A stretch of DNA of 64,000 nt from Planctomycetota bacterium (lineage in GTDB: Bacteria > Planctomycetota > UBA1135 > UBA2386): positions 5,072 through 69,071 of the forward strand of contig JBCBZB010000012.1 of assembly GCA_039815565.1 (NCBI GenBank). The letters run 5' to 3'. Under the pieces are notes generated by a model. That model was not told the origin of the DNA, ran no database searches, and worked only from the letters and a program-made list of their open reading frames with translations. Every line of letters starts with the position of its first letter. Position 1 is the first letter of the stretch. Position numbers and translations under genes: made by a program. Below are positions 51,873-64,000 of this stretch, piece by piece.

Positions 51873-53803
51873 AACGACGGAGTCACCGGCTGACCAGCGA
51901 GAATCCTGTCCTGGACCGGAAGAGTCCCGCCGGGGACATCGCTGCCAAGTAACGGCCACGGCTTGCCTGCCCAGAATGGCGGTGGCGTTGCGAGGAACTG
52001 TGAAGGCGGAAGCGAGCCGTTCCAAGTCCAATCGAAAGAGCCCCCGACCAAGTTGGAGTGGGCCCGGAGGTCGAACACCCCCCACTGGACGAACACAAGC
52101 GGCATGCGATTGCCTACGAGGTTCTGGTGATTGGAATGATCTCGAACCTCGAGCTGAAACCCCTCCGCATGGTTCCGAAAGAGGGTGTTACCTGGACCAC
52201 AGGGTCCCCAGTAGTCGGCCATCGACACCTTCTCGCAGACGTTCGACTCAAAAAGATTCAGTGACGGCCAGTGACCATGAAACGAGATGTCCGCTGGATC
52301 GCCTGAGCCGGGCCACCAAGCATTGGTTGAGAGGTTGAAGGCGAACACGTTCCCGGACGCCCCTTCTTTCACCATCATCGAGTGGCGCAAGTGATCGAAC
52401 GCGTTGTTCCAGACCAACGAGTCTCGAACTTTCCCACCACAGACCACTCCGTAGCCCCGGCCGCCGCCATAGCCCAAGGCATGATGGAAGTAGCAGCCTT
52501 CCACTCGGCAATCGGCACTCGTCGAAATCCAAACGTGCGCAATCGTCGCATCTGACGATTCGACGTTCCGAACCACGCATCCGACTGCGTGCCGCATCCC
52601 AAACGTGTAGCCCTCCCCGATGTCTGTTCTCCGGATGCTCAGGTTCTCCACTACAGAGCCTTCGACAGCCACGAACTGCCGCACCTTCGGAAGGGATGCC
52701 AACGGGTAGTCGTAGTGAAGCGGACGATCCAGGATCAACTCCCCCTCCTGGACTCCTACGATCCGCACCACCTCTCCGACCGCTCGTTGCGCCCAAGGAA
52801 CATCAAACGATGGACTCGTGTACATCTCCGCCTGATTCGCGCGCGAGACTTCCAGCAGGCGGCCGACAGAAAACAACGACCCGTCCGTGACCGAGATCGC
52901 ACCATCCCCCGCGAGAGAGCTCGAGGCCAGCTCGACATAGTCATCGCGCTGCCATTTCACGAACTCGATCGCAGCGATGCCCTCTCCCGCGGCTCCACTG
53001 AGATCGAAGACCATTTGACTCTCGGTCGGGGACCCACCCAATAGGGTCACCTCGTCCGGCATTTGGATCGGGTGGTCAACATCGAAGACACCGTTCGGCA
53101 CAAAGCAGGAGAATCCGGGCGGAGTCGCATTCAGAGCGGCCTGAATCGCGGCCGAATCATCGACGCCATCGTCGCTGATCGCTCCGAACCCTGTAATCGA
53201 GGTCGCGACCGGACGAATCGCAATCTCACCGCCGCCGGCTGCGGACCAGTTTGCTCGGTTGTCCGGGTCGATCGAAGAATCGATCAGCTCCAGAGACACG
53301 TCATCGAAGTACAGTGTGTCGGGCTGAGAACCACACCAGAGTGTGAAGCGCAGATCCCCGCCGAGGGTCGCCGGGCACATCCACAAGAACTCATAGGTCT
53401 CCCAGGATGAGCCGAGATCGAAGTTCTCGTAGCGGTAAGTCGAGTAGGGGCTCGAGTTCTTCATCAGTACGGCGGTGACGCGACTTCCGACTGATTCCGA
53501 ACGAGCGGAGAATCGGACCCGGTAAGTCTCACCGTGGAGGCAGGACAACCCGGATTGACGCAGTTGCACTCGCCATCCCTGCGGAGAGACCGGAGTATCC
53601 AGGACGTCGACAACAGCACACCACGCCCCACTCATAGGAGCATTCGTCGTCGTATTGAAGCTTGCGGTGTAGCCGAGGCTTTGGGTCCCGCTCCAACTCG
53701 ACAAGCCGCTTTCAAAACTCCCGTTGGCGATCATTTCCGGAGCTTGTGCGGCTCCCGAGACAGCTAACACCAGGACGGTCACCCAGATCCGAATCGTTCC
53801 CAT
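51869..53803 (-). CDS. Secreted CBM4/9-like carbohydrate-binding module plus pectate-lyase-superfamily right-handed beta-helix protein
   Basis: Signal peptide. CBM-like N-terminus (NGSFESGLSSW). Pectate_lyase_3-like GFGAISDDGVDDSAAIQAALNA. Repetitive beta-helix coils. Confidence 0.65.
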   Translation of the reverse strand: MGTIRIWVTVLVLAVSGAAQAPEMIANGSFESGLSSWSGTQSLGYTASFNTTTNAPMSGAWCAVVDVLDTPVSPQGWRVQLRQSGLSCLHGETYRVRFSARSESVGSRVTAVLMKNSSPYSTYRYENFDLGSSWETYEFLWMCPATLGGDLRFTLWCGSQPDTLYFDDVSLELIDSSIDPDNRANWSAAGGGEIAIRPVATSITGFGAISDDGVDDSAAIQAALNATPPGFSCFVPNGVFDVDHPIQMPDEVTLLGGSPTESQMVFDLSGAAGEGIAAIEFVKWQRDDYVELASSSLAGDGAISVTDGSLFSVGRLLEVSRANQAEMYTSPSFDVPWAQRAVGEVVRIVGVQEGELILDRPLHYDYPLASLPKVRQFVAVEGSVVENLSIRRTDIGEGYTFGMRHAVGCVVRNVESSDATIAHVWISTSADCRVEGCYFHHALGYGGGRGYGVVCGGKVRDSLVWNNAFDHLRHSMMVKEGASGNVFAFNLSTNAWWPGSGDPADISFHGHWPSLNLFESNVCEKVSMADYWGPCGPGNTLFRNHAEGFQLEVRDHSNHQNLVGNRMPLVFVQWGVFDLRAHSNLVGGSFDWTWNGSLPPSQFLATPPPFWAGKPWPLLGSDVPGGTLPVQDRILAGQPVTPSF

Positions 53804-54048
53804 TGTGATGATCGCGAACTCTCCTCGCGAAGACGTGCAATGAACCCGACGCCTGAATCGTCAACAACCGAGGAAAGACCCGCGTCGGGTGAAGCGCGCA
53901 TCGAGCACAAATCTCTCCGAAACTGACTCCAAGTCGCCAAGACGTCGAGCCGAGACAACCGATCAGATATCCGTCCGACTGAGGTTCATCGAACAACCGT
54001 CCTCGCGGACCTTCTCGTTAGCATTCCGGGCTCAAGTCGCCCCCGAAC

Positions 54049-55752
54049 ATGTGCTCGATCCTCGCCATCCTCGGTCTCGCCCCCGGTGAGTCCGAGTCCC
54101 TGCGTCCGCTGGCCCTCGAACGCTCGCGCACAGTGCGCCACCGCGGCCCCGACTGGTCGGGCGTCCGCGCTGCGAATCAGGCGCTGCTGGTCCACGAACG
54201 CCTGGCGATCGTCGACGTCGAGGGAGGAGCCCAGCCTCTGATCTCGCCCGACGGCCGCTACGCACTGGCGGTCAACGGCGAGATCTACAACCACCAGGCG
54301 CTCCGGCGAGAAATCGACGCCGCAGAGCCCTTCGAGTTCACGACACAGAGCGACTGCGAAGTGATCACCCCCCTCGTGTCGCGACACGGTCCCGAGGCCG
54401 TCGCCCGCCTCCACGGCATGTTCGCGTTCGTGCTGCACGACGAGCAGACGGGCCGCAACGTCGTCGCCCGTGACTCGATCGGAATCATTCCGCTCTACTG
54501 GGGCGTCGACGAGCAGGGCCGCCGCTGGGTCGCGTCGGAGCTCAAGGCCCTGCACGGCATCTGCCCGAACTTCGAAGAGTTCCCACCCGGCCACTGGTGG
54601 GACGGCTCGACCGAGAAACCGGCCCCGTTCTTCGAACCCGAGTGGCGAGACTACGAACACGTCGCGGGCAAGCCGGTCGAGCTGAAAGACCTGCGCGATG
54701 GTCTCGAGTCTTCGGTCAAGTCTCACCTGATGGGCGACGTGCCCTACGGCGTGCTGCTCAGCGGCGGCCTGGACTCGTCGATCATCGCAGCACTCGCGGT
54801 CAAGCACGCCGCCACCCGCGTCGACGACAACGACCAAACCGAGGCATGGTGGCCGCGCGTGCACTCGTTCGCGATCGGGCTTGAAGGCTCACCCGACCTC
54901 GAAGCAGCGGCCGCTTGCGCCGAGCACCTCGGCACCGTGCACCACGGGTTCACGTTCACGCTCGACGAAGGCTTCGACACCCTGCGCGATGTGATCCGTC
55001 ACCTCGAGACCTACGACGTGACGACGATCCGCGCCGGCACGCCGATGACCTTGCTCGCACGTCGCATCCGCTCGATGGGCATCAAGATGGTGCTCAGTGG
55101 CGAAGGGGCCGACGAGTTGTTCGGCGGCTACCTCTACTTCCACAAGGCACCGAACGCGCGTGAGTTCCACGACGAGCTCGTGCGCAAGCTCTCGGACCTT
55201 CACCTCTACGACTGCCTCCGCGCCAACAAGGCGATGTCTGCCTACGGCGTCGAAGCGCGCGTGCCGTTCCTCGACCGCCCATTCCTCGAGACGGCGATGG
55301 GATTCGACGCAGCCGACAAGATGTGCCGCACCGGCGCCTCGGTCGCACCAGAGGATCAGCGCATCGAGAAGTGGGCACTGCGCAAGGCAGCGGAAGACCT
55401 GCTGCCCGACTCGATCGCGTGGCGTCAGAAGGAGCAGTTCTCCGACGGCGTCGGCTACTCCTGGATCGACGGCCTCAAGGGCAAGGCTGAGCGCGAGGTC
55501 TCCGACCAGCAAATGGTAAACGCAGCGGCACGATTCCCGGTGCAGCCACCTCGAAGCAAGGAGGCCTACCTCTACCGCTCGATCTTCGACGACCTCTACC
55601 CGGGCGAGGCAGCCGCCCGCTGCGTGCCCGGCTCGAAGAGCATCGCCTGCTCGACCGAAACGGCGCTGCGCTGGGATGCGACGTTCGAGAGTCAAGCCGA
55701 TCCGAGCGGGCGTGCGGTCCTGGGCGTGCACGACGACGCAACGGAGGTGTGA
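54049..55752 (+). CDS. asnB: Asparagine synthetase B (glutamine-hydrolysing)
   Basis: MCSILAILG N-terminal nucleophile Cys2. PP-loop SGGLDSS. 567 aa. Confidence 0.9.
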   Translation: MCSILAILGLAPGESESLRPLALERSRTVRHRGPDWSGVRAANQALLVHERLAIVDVEGGAQPLISPDGRYALAVNGEIYNHQALRREIDAAEPFEFTTQSDCEVITPLVSRHGPEAVARLHGMFAFVLHDEQTGRNVVARDSIGIIPLYWGVDEQGRRWVASELKALHGICPNFEEFPPGHWWDGSTEKPAPFFEPEWRDYEHVAGKPVELKDLRDGLESSVKSHLMGDVPYGVLLSGGLDSSIIAALAVKHAATRVDDNDQTEAWWPRVHSFAIGLEGSPDLEAAAACAEHLGTVHHGFTFTLDEGFDTLRDVIRHLETYDVTTIRAGTPMTLLARRIRSMGIKMVLSGEGADELFGGYLYFHKAPNAREFHDELVRKLSDLHLYDCLRANKAMSAYGVEARVPFLDRPFLETAMGFDAADKMCRTGASVAPEDQRIEKWALRKAAEDLLPDSIAWRQKEQFSDGVGYSWIDGLKGKAEREVSDQQMVNAAARFPVQPPRSKEAYLYRSIFDDLYPGEAAARCVPGSKSIACSTETALRWDATFESQADPSGRAVLGVHDDATEV

Positions 55753-55848
55753 GGGACCTGACACGTGGCAGTGCGTGAGAGTTGGCTGGCCGCCTGCTAG
55801 CCTGTGCGGCCCGGCCCAGCCGGCCCACTTCACCTCGCCACCTCTCCG

Positions 55849-58077
<2,229 letters not shown>

Positions 58078-58156
58078 TCGAACGCGGGACCACGGCTCCC
58101 GCGCCCCTTACACTGATTCGGGACGGACACCCTCCGTTCCGTCAGGACCAAGCCCG

Positions 58157-58600
58157 ATGACCCAGACCACCATCGTTCTCGCGACCGACTTCTCGCAGGA
58201 AGCCCAGCGCGCCTACGGCCCGACCGTGGATATGGCGGAGCGACTCGGCGGCAAGATCGTGCTCGCGCACGTCGTCGAAGCAGCGCTGATCTCGCCCCAC
58301 GGCGCCCCGCTCGCGCCGGCGCAGGTCGCTCCAGACACCCCGCAACGGGTCGACGAAGCTGAAGAGCAGCTGAAGAAGGAAGCCCAGCTGCTCGGAGACC
58401 GGGTGCCCGTCGAGGTCAAGGCAAGCTCGCACGAAACCTGTGCCGAAGGTCTGGTCCGCCTCGCCGACGGTGTCGGCGCAACGCACATCGCGATCTCGAC
58501 GCACGGCCGAACGGGCCTGCGGCGACTGGTCCTCGGCAGCGTGGCCGAAGGCGTCGTCCGCTACGCGACCGTGCCGGTCATCTGCTATCCGGCTCACTGA
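58157..58600 (+). CDS. Universal stress protein (UspA family)
   Basis: ATP-binding-type C-terminal motif GSVAEGVVRYATVPV. 147 aa. Confidence 0.75.
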   Translation: MTQTTIVLATDFSQEAQRAYGPTVDMAERLGGKIVLAHVVEAALISPHGAPLAPAQVAPDTPQRVDEAEEQLKKEAQLLGDRVPVEVKASSHETCAEGLVRLADGVGATHIAISTHGRTGLRRLVLGSVAEGVVRYATVPVICYPAH

Positions 58601-58687
58601 GCCTGAACGGCCCCGCGGAGTTGGCCGACCCGACCGAGGGTCAGCCGCTCCGGCCGCGCTCGGTTCGCCGCGCGGCTGGGCGCGCGA

Positions 58688-59737
58688 TCACGCCGAGCGG
58701 CTGCGCTCGACGATCTGCTGCGCCAGTCGATCCGCGGCATCGCTGGTCGGGATCTTCTCGCTGTCGGAGATCTGCCAGACTTCGCGCAGCGCTTCGGGGA
58801 TCCGCTGGATGCGTTCGACGGCGACACCCTCGTCGTAGCCACCCTCGCGGAACTCGACCGACACGTTGACGATACCGCCCGCGTTGATGACGTAGTCCGG
58901 CGCGTAGACGACCTTCTTCTCGAAGAGCTCACGGCCGTGTTGCGGCTCGGCGAGCACGTTGTTCGCGACGCCGGCAATGGCCTTGCACTTCAGCCGACCG
59001 ATCGTGTCGTCGTTCACGACCGCGCCCATCGCGCAGGGCGCGAAGACATCCATGTCGACGTCGTAGATCTCGTCGGCGCCGACGGCCTGAACACCGTGAG
59101 CATCGACGAGCGCTTGGACCCGCTCCTCGTTCCGGTCGGTGACCGACACGATCGCGCCATCCTTAACGAGTCGCTCGACGAGCGCGGAGCCGGTCGCTCC
59201 GACGCCCTGGACCGCAACCTTCTTGCCGGTGATGTCTTCCGAGCCGAACGCGCGGCCGCAGGCGGCTTTCAGTCCGAGGAAAACGCCGTAGGCCGTGTAG
59301 GGCGACGGGTTGCCGGAGCCACCGTCGTCCCGGCTGAGACCGGTGACGTGGCGGGTCGCACGGCGCACGGTCTCGAGGTCCGAGACCCCGATGTTCATGT
59401 CTTCGGCCGTGACGTAGAGGCCGTCGAGCGAATCGACGAACCGGCCCATCGCGAGGAACAACGCCTCGGACTTGATCGACGGATCGCCCAGGATCACCGA
59501 CTTGCCGCCGCCAAGGCCAGTGTGGGCGATCGCCGACTTGAAGGTCATGCCACGGCTGAGACGCAGCACGTCGGTCAGCGCCTCGTCCTCGGACGCGTAC
59601 GGCCACATGCGCATGCCGCCGAGGGCCGGGCCGAGGGTCGTGTCGTGGACCGAGATGATCGCGTGCAGGCCGGACTCCGGGTCCTTGGCCCTGACGACGC
59701 GTTCGTAACCGTCGATCGAAAGTTCGGTGATCTCCAT
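58688..59737 (-). CDS. ldh: Leucine (Glu/Leu/Phe/Val family) dehydrogenase
   Basis: GGGKSV catalytic Lys block. Rossmann GVGATGSALV. Start at the ATG at 59737 (MEITELSIDGYE). Confidence 0.8.
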   Translation of the reverse strand: MEITELSIDGYERVVRAKDPESGLHAIISVHDTTLGPALGGMRMWPYASEDEALTDVLRLSRGMTFKSAIAHTGLGGGKSVILGDPSIKSEALFLAMGRFVDSLDGLYVTAEDMNIGVSDLETVRRATRHVTGLSRDDGGSGNPSPYTAYGVFLGLKAACGRAFGSEDITGKKVAVQGVGATGSALVERLVKDGAIVSVTDRNEERVQALVDAHGVQAVGADEIYDVDMDVFAPCAMGAVVNDDTIGRLKCKAIAGVANNVLAEPQHGRELFEKKVVYAPDYVINAGGIVNVSVEFREGGYDEGVAVERIQRIPEALREVWQISDSEKIPTSDAADRLAQQIVERSRSA

Positions 59738-59955
59738 GGAGGTGTCGGGGGGCTGCCCCAGGAGCAAGAAGGCTCGGGGCGAAGGGCGGAGTAGCTTAGC
59801 GACGCCGACCCGTGACGCCATCGCTGCCAGGGATTCCGAGACGGCGCATGCGCGCCAGAATTCGGCCTACCGCAACCTGAGTTTGGACCACCTGTTCTGG
59901 CGGTCGAGCGAAACCGCGAGCCCCTCTCGGAGGCCCGCGGTAGATTCGTCCCCGC

Positions 59956-60750
59956 ATGGCAAAAGGCCAGATCGTCTCGATTCACTCCTACCGCGGTGGG
60001 ACCGGCAAGAGCAACCTGACGGCCAACGTCGCGTTCCAGCTCGCGACCCGGGGCAAGCGTGTCGCCGTTCTCGACACCGACCTCCAGTCGCCCGGCGTCC
60101 ACATGGTGCTGCAGCTCGACACCAAGCGCCTGTCACACACACTGTCCGACTACCTATTCGGCACCTGCGAGATCGACGAAGCGGCCTACGACATGTCGGC
60201 CAGGCTGCCGGACGAATCGACTGGCAAACTGTGGCTGCTTCCCTCGAGCATGGCCGTCGACAAGATCGTCAAGATCGCGCACGACGGCTACGACGCGAAC
60301 CGACTCAACGATCAGCTCGACCAACTGATCGAAGACCTCGAACTCGACTATCTGATCCTCGATACGCACCCCGGGCTCAACCGGGAGACGATGCTGTCGA
60401 CCGCGATCTCGCAGATCTTGATCGTGCTGATTCGACCCGACACCCAAGACTTCCACGGCACCGCGGTGTTGATGGAGGTCGCCGGCCGACTTGGCGTTCC
60501 GCACGTCTTCATGGTCGGCAACAAGGTCCCCAGAGCCCTCGACCACGGCGAGTTGAAGACACGGATCGAGCAGAGCTTCAACCGCGAGGTCCTCGGACTC
60601 CTTCCGCTCGCCGAAGACCTGGCCGCGCTCGGGAGCAACGGACTCTTCTCCGAGAAGATGGCGGATCATCCAGCGAGCCGCGAACTGAACCGCATCGTCG
60701 ACGGCCTGCTCGCACGAACGGAGCCGAAGGGCGGAGGCGGGGCGTCGTGA
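59956..60750 (+). CDS. ParA/MinD-like P-loop ATPase (deviant Walker A), stand-alone
   Basis: SYRGGTGKSNLTANVA deviant Walker A. DTDLQSP. DYLILDTHPG Walker B. No N-terminal DNA-binding or C-terminal membrane-targeting helix is evident. Confidence 0.75.
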   Translation: MAKGQIVSIHSYRGGTGKSNLTANVAFQLATRGKRVAVLDTDLQSPGVHMVLQLDTKRLSHTLSDYLFGTCEIDEAAYDMSARLPDESTGKLWLLPSSMAVDKIVKIAHDGYDANRLNDQLDQLIEDLELDYLILDTHPGLNRETMLSTAISQILIVLIRPDTQDFHGTAVLMEVAGRLGVPHVFMVGNKVPRALDHGELKTRIEQSFNREVLGLLPLAEDLAALGSNGLFSEKMADHPASRELNRIVDGLLARTEPKGGGGAS

Positions 60751-61736
60751 GCGAGAACGCGTCGGGCCGCCCCCAGGACCAAGCGATCGCTCGCGAGGTA
60801 CCGCTCAAGCGCGAGCGCTTCTCGACGATCGAGCGGATGGTCAGGAACGACGACTACCGCGTCGTCTTGTCTCTCGGTGGCGGAGCCCTCCCGGGACTTG
60901 CCGGAAACATCGCACTGCTCCGCATCCTCGAAGAGCTCGACCTCAAGCCGCACATCGAAGAGGTCTGGGGCACGAGCGCCGGCGCGGTCGTCGGCGGCGG
61001 TTGGGCCGCCGGCACGCCTGCCTACGACATTCTCGACCTCGTCGCGAGTCTCGCCGAAAAGGGATCGGTCGATGCGAACCCACTGAAGTTCGCGTTGTCG
61101 ATCCTGGCGTCGTGCAAGCCACTCAAGCGCCCGCTTCCCGACGGCGTCGTCGCCGGGAAGGCGTTCCGCAAGAAGATCGCCGGCGGACTGCGTGTCGACC
61201 GGATCGAAGACTGCCCGACGCCGTTCCGCGCCGTCGCCTGCACAGACGACGGAATGGGCAGGACCAAGGTGTTCCGCAAGGGACCGATGATGCCTGCGAT
61301 CTATTCGAGCATGGCGATCCCGGGCGTGATGGCGTCCTACCCGGGCGACGACGACGGCAACACCTACTTCGACGGCGGCCTCGTCGAGAAGACGCCTCTG
61401 AAGTCGGTCATCGCGGACCACAGCCGCAGCAGCGACCAGCGCAAGCTGCTGATCCTCGCCTCACACTTCCAGAACGAAGCCCGCGAGAAGTCCACGGGTC
61501 TGGTGAAGCGATTCCTCGCGACGATCTACGTGCTCGAGGAGCTTATCTGGGACTACCAGATCAAGGAGGCCCGCGAACGCGACGACGTCACGGTGACGAT
61601 GCTCGACCCTCACCTCAGCGGATTCAGCCTGTTCGCGTTCGATAAGACCGTCGACGCCTACCTCGAGTCGCGCGATGCGTTCGCGAACTCCATCCAGAAC
61701 ACCAGCATCGTCGCCTCCCTCGGCGGCATGCTCTGA
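60747..61736 (+). CDS. Patatin-like phospholipase
   Basis: GTG start overlapping the upstream stop (GTGA). Oxyanion-hole LSLGGGALPG. Catalytic GTSAG (GxSxG). DGG catalytic Asp motif in YFDGGLVE. Confidence 0.8.
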   Translation: MSENASGRPQDQAIAREVPLKRERFSTIERMVRNDDYRVVLSLGGGALPGLAGNIALLRILEELDLKPHIEEVWGTSAGAVVGGGWAAGTPAYDILDLVASLAEKGSVDANPLKFALSILASCKPLKRPLPDGVVAGKAFRKKIAGGLRVDRIEDCPTPFRAVACTDDGMGRTKVFRKGPMMPAIYSSMAIPGVMASYPGDDDGNTYFDGGLVEKTPLKSVIADHSRSSDQRKLLILASHFQNEAREKSTGLVKRFLATIYVLEELIWDYQIKEARERDDVTVTMLDPHLSGFSLFAFDKTVDAYLESRDAFANSIQNTSIVASLGGML

Positions 61737-61757
61737 TCGAGCCAGTTAGAACCCGCG

Positions 61758-62654
61758 ATGCAGCAGCAGTTCGACGACCGCAACCAAAGCCTCGTCTACA
61801 ACGTCAACGGCCGACTGATCGGCCGGGACGAGCCGGGCCTCTCCCCGTTCGACTCTTCGGTCCAGGGTGGCGACGCGGTCTGGGAAGGCCTGCGCGTCTA
61901 CGAAGGCAAGATCTTCCGGCTACAGCAGCACCTCGAGCGTCTGCGGCACTCCGCCAAGGCTCTGGCCTTCTCCGAGATCCCGGGCGACGACGCCATACGA
62001 ACCGAGATCCGCCGCACACTCGAAGCGAACTCGATGCACGACGACGTGCACATTCGCCTGACGCTGACGCGCGGGGTGAAGATCACCTCGGGTATGGACC
62101 CACGCCTGAACCAAGCCGGCCCGACCTTGATCGTCCTCGCCGAGCACAAACCGCCGGTCTACGGATCCGAGGGGATCACGTTGCACACGAGCTCGATCCG
62201 CCGATTCCGCGCGGACCAGATGGATCCGAAGATCCATCACAACAACCTGATCCAGTCGATCCTCGCGAAGATCGAGGCGAACGCGGCCGGCGCTGATGAC
62301 GCGTTGATGCTGGACAGCGATGGGTTCATCGCCGAGACGAACGCAACCCACGTGTTCTGTGTCGAGGGCGGCACGGTCGTGACGTCCACCTGCAAGGCCT
62401 GCCCCGAGGGCGTGACCCGGAGCGTGGTGCTGAAGCTGTGTGAGGATGACGGCATCCCGTTCCGCGTCGGCGACTACTCGCAGGCCGAGCTCTACCGAGC
62501 CGACGAAGCGTTCTGCACCGGCACGATGGGCGAGCTCGTCCCGGTGTTCGAAGTCGACGGACGCCCGATCGGCGAGAAGCGCATGGGACCCGTGACCGAG
62601 GCGCTGCGGACCAAATTCCGCGGGATCGCACGAACCCAAGCCGAAGCGATCTAG
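61758..62654 (+). CDS. Class IV aminotransferase (branched-chain/D-amino-acid aminotransferase or ADC-lyase family)
   Basis: Fold-type IV blocks: EGLRVYEGKIFRL, RHSAKA, ETNATHVF. Confidence 0.75.
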   Translation: MQQQFDDRNQSLVYNVNGRLIGRDEPGLSPFDSSVQGGDAVWEGLRVYEGKIFRLQQHLERLRHSAKALAFSEIPGDDAIRTEIRRTLEANSMHDDVHIRLTLTRGVKITSGMDPRLNQAGPTLIVLAEHKPPVYGSEGITLHTSSIRRFRADQMDPKIHHNNLIQSILAKIEANAAGADDALMLDSDGFIAETNATHVFCVEGGTVVTSTCKACPEGVTRSVVLKLCEDDGIPFRVGDYSQAELYRADEAFCTGTMGELVPVFEVDGRPIGEKRMGPVTEALRTKFRGIARTQAEAI

Positions 62655-62723
62655 TTCGCAACCCGGTCCACAGCCTCGAATCCCGGGCTGGACATAGCCG
62701 GCTTTGCATGGCAGAGTCCGGCC

Positions 62724-64000
62724 CGTGAGGAGTTCATCTTCGTCGTCGGGAAGCACGCTTTCCCACCGACTTCGACGAGCGGCCGTCCCCGCCGGGTTGG
62801 CGCTGCTCCTCGGAATCGGTGTCGGCACTCAATGGCCCGACGGCGAACGGGCGGAATCGCCCCCTCGAGCCGAACCGAACCCAAGCGTCGACACGGACTC
62901 GCGGACCGTCGCGGCAAGCGACAACGGAACCGCGAGGCGCCGGGCGAGCGCGACCGAGTCGCCGAGCGCCGACGGTTCGGTCACACGTCGGACCGACCTC
63001 GCGGGCATCGTACGTGACCTCGACGGGGACCCTCTCTCTGGCGCCAAGGTCGTCCTGCTCGAAGGCGACGGCGGAGCTTGGAACGAACGGTCCTCGCTCG
63101 TGACCGACGACACCGGTCGATTCCGGTTCGACGGCGTCCGAGACCCCCAGTGGCAGGTGTCCGCCCACTTCGAGGACCTGTTCTTCCTTCCCCGCCACCC
63201 GAAGAACCTCGGCTCGCGGGAACGAGGCGACCTCGAACTCTCCGCGCAAGAGGGTCACCACACCGCACTCGACCTGCGGCTCCCAGACGGCACGACGCCC
63301 GACCGCGCGGAGCTGCGGCTTCAGTGGAACCGCACCTGGCGCGCGCTGTGGACCCCCGCGAGCCCAAGCATCTGTGTCCCTCAAGGTCTGGTCACCATTC
63401 GCGCCCTGACCTCGCTCGGCGCGGACAACGACAGCGATTCGGACGCGGGCTCCCTCGACCTCGCCTCAGAGGCCGGCGCATTCCGAATCCGCGCCCAGGA
63501 CGAAGGCCCTCTTCGGATCGAACTCAGCCCGCGAACGTCGCTCGAGATTTCGATCCGGTCCGAGTTCGCACGACTCGACGACCTGCTCGTCGCCTTGGCG
63601 CGCCCCAACCCGAACACGGAGGGGGCTCCGTTCTCCGTCCGTGGCTATCACTCCCCCGAGTCGGGAAAGATCGAGATCGGGGACGTTCTCCCCGGCGAGA
63701 TCGAGCTGCGGTTCGTCGGCCGCGCCAACCTTCGGCGCACCGGCTCAACGAACTATCACGTCGAACGCCATCGCATCGAAGCCGGCCAACGAAACCTCGT
63801 CGCCGTCGAGCTTCCTCCACCGGACCCGAGAGACTTCCTGGTCGTGAGCTGCGTCGATTCAACCGATCGGCTCCTACCGGAGTGCTCGTTCGGACGACTC
63901 GACCCACCAGCTACGGAGGGCGGACGACCCGTGCGGCAACACGTGACACCGTTCGCGCTCGGAGACCGGCGGCTCCTATTCGATCGCGAACACCTGTTCG
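62724..64000 (+). CDS. Membrane-anchored CarbopepD_reg-like domain protein (3'-truncated at the window edge; no in-frame ATG, GTG start)
   Basis: Continuous open frame from the GTG at 62724 to the window end. It is absent from the Met-initiated ORF track. TM AAVPAGLALLLGIGVG. VVLLEGDGGAWNERSSLVTDDTGRFRFDGV CarbopepD_reg-like block. Confidence 0.5.

Overview
This is a high-GC (about 68-70%) bacterial chromosomal segment, densely packed, with about 54 CDS and two tRNAs. Many genes are chained in tight operons by 4-nt start/stop overlaps (ATGA, GTGA, TTGA), and several use GTG or TTG starts. I found no transposase, integrase, CRISPR array or rRNA.

Most of the content is housekeeping. It includes methionine synthase (5'-truncated at the window edge), a MinD/FleN-like ATPase, HU, a nitrilase-family hydrolase, a sigma-70 factor, Mrp/ApbC, thioredoxin, LipB, XseA/XseB, a site-2 protease, an M61 peptidase, an aspartate aminotransferase, an HD-domain dGTPase-like hydrolase, a NfeD-flotillin pair, an ABC exporter, DedA, H+-pyrophosphatase, RsfS, YyaL, Kbl, a type II MetAP, AsnB, monomeric IDH, UspA, leucine dehydrogenase and a class IV aminotransferase.

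The accessory-looking content is:
- a three-gene GT4 glycosyltransferase operon, convergent with an FkbM methyltransferase plus FHA protein pair
- several large secreted proteins: a PQQ-type sugar dehydrogenase propeller fused to a LamG domain, a lamin-tail-domain protein, and a CBM plus pectate-lyase-like beta-helix protein
- three membrane-anchored proteins that share a carboxypeptidase-regulatory-like fold

The best candidate for an undescribed module is a translationally coupled pair: a deviant Walker-A ParA/MinD-like ATPase and a patatin-like phospholipase, at 59956-61736.

Other points worth checking:
- an ArsR-HTH/SAM-methyltransferase fusion co-transcribed with metH, behind an array of ATCCGGAT palindromes
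- an XseA carrying an extra N-terminal domain of about 100 aa
- a 707-bp ORF-free intergenic region at 42625-43331
- a strong terminator hairpin 160 nt downstream of aspC, which may close a small RNA

Many long ORFs in the six-frame track are antisense shadow ORFs typical of high-GC DNA, and I rejected them. All functional calls come from motifs I could read in the translations. No database search was run.
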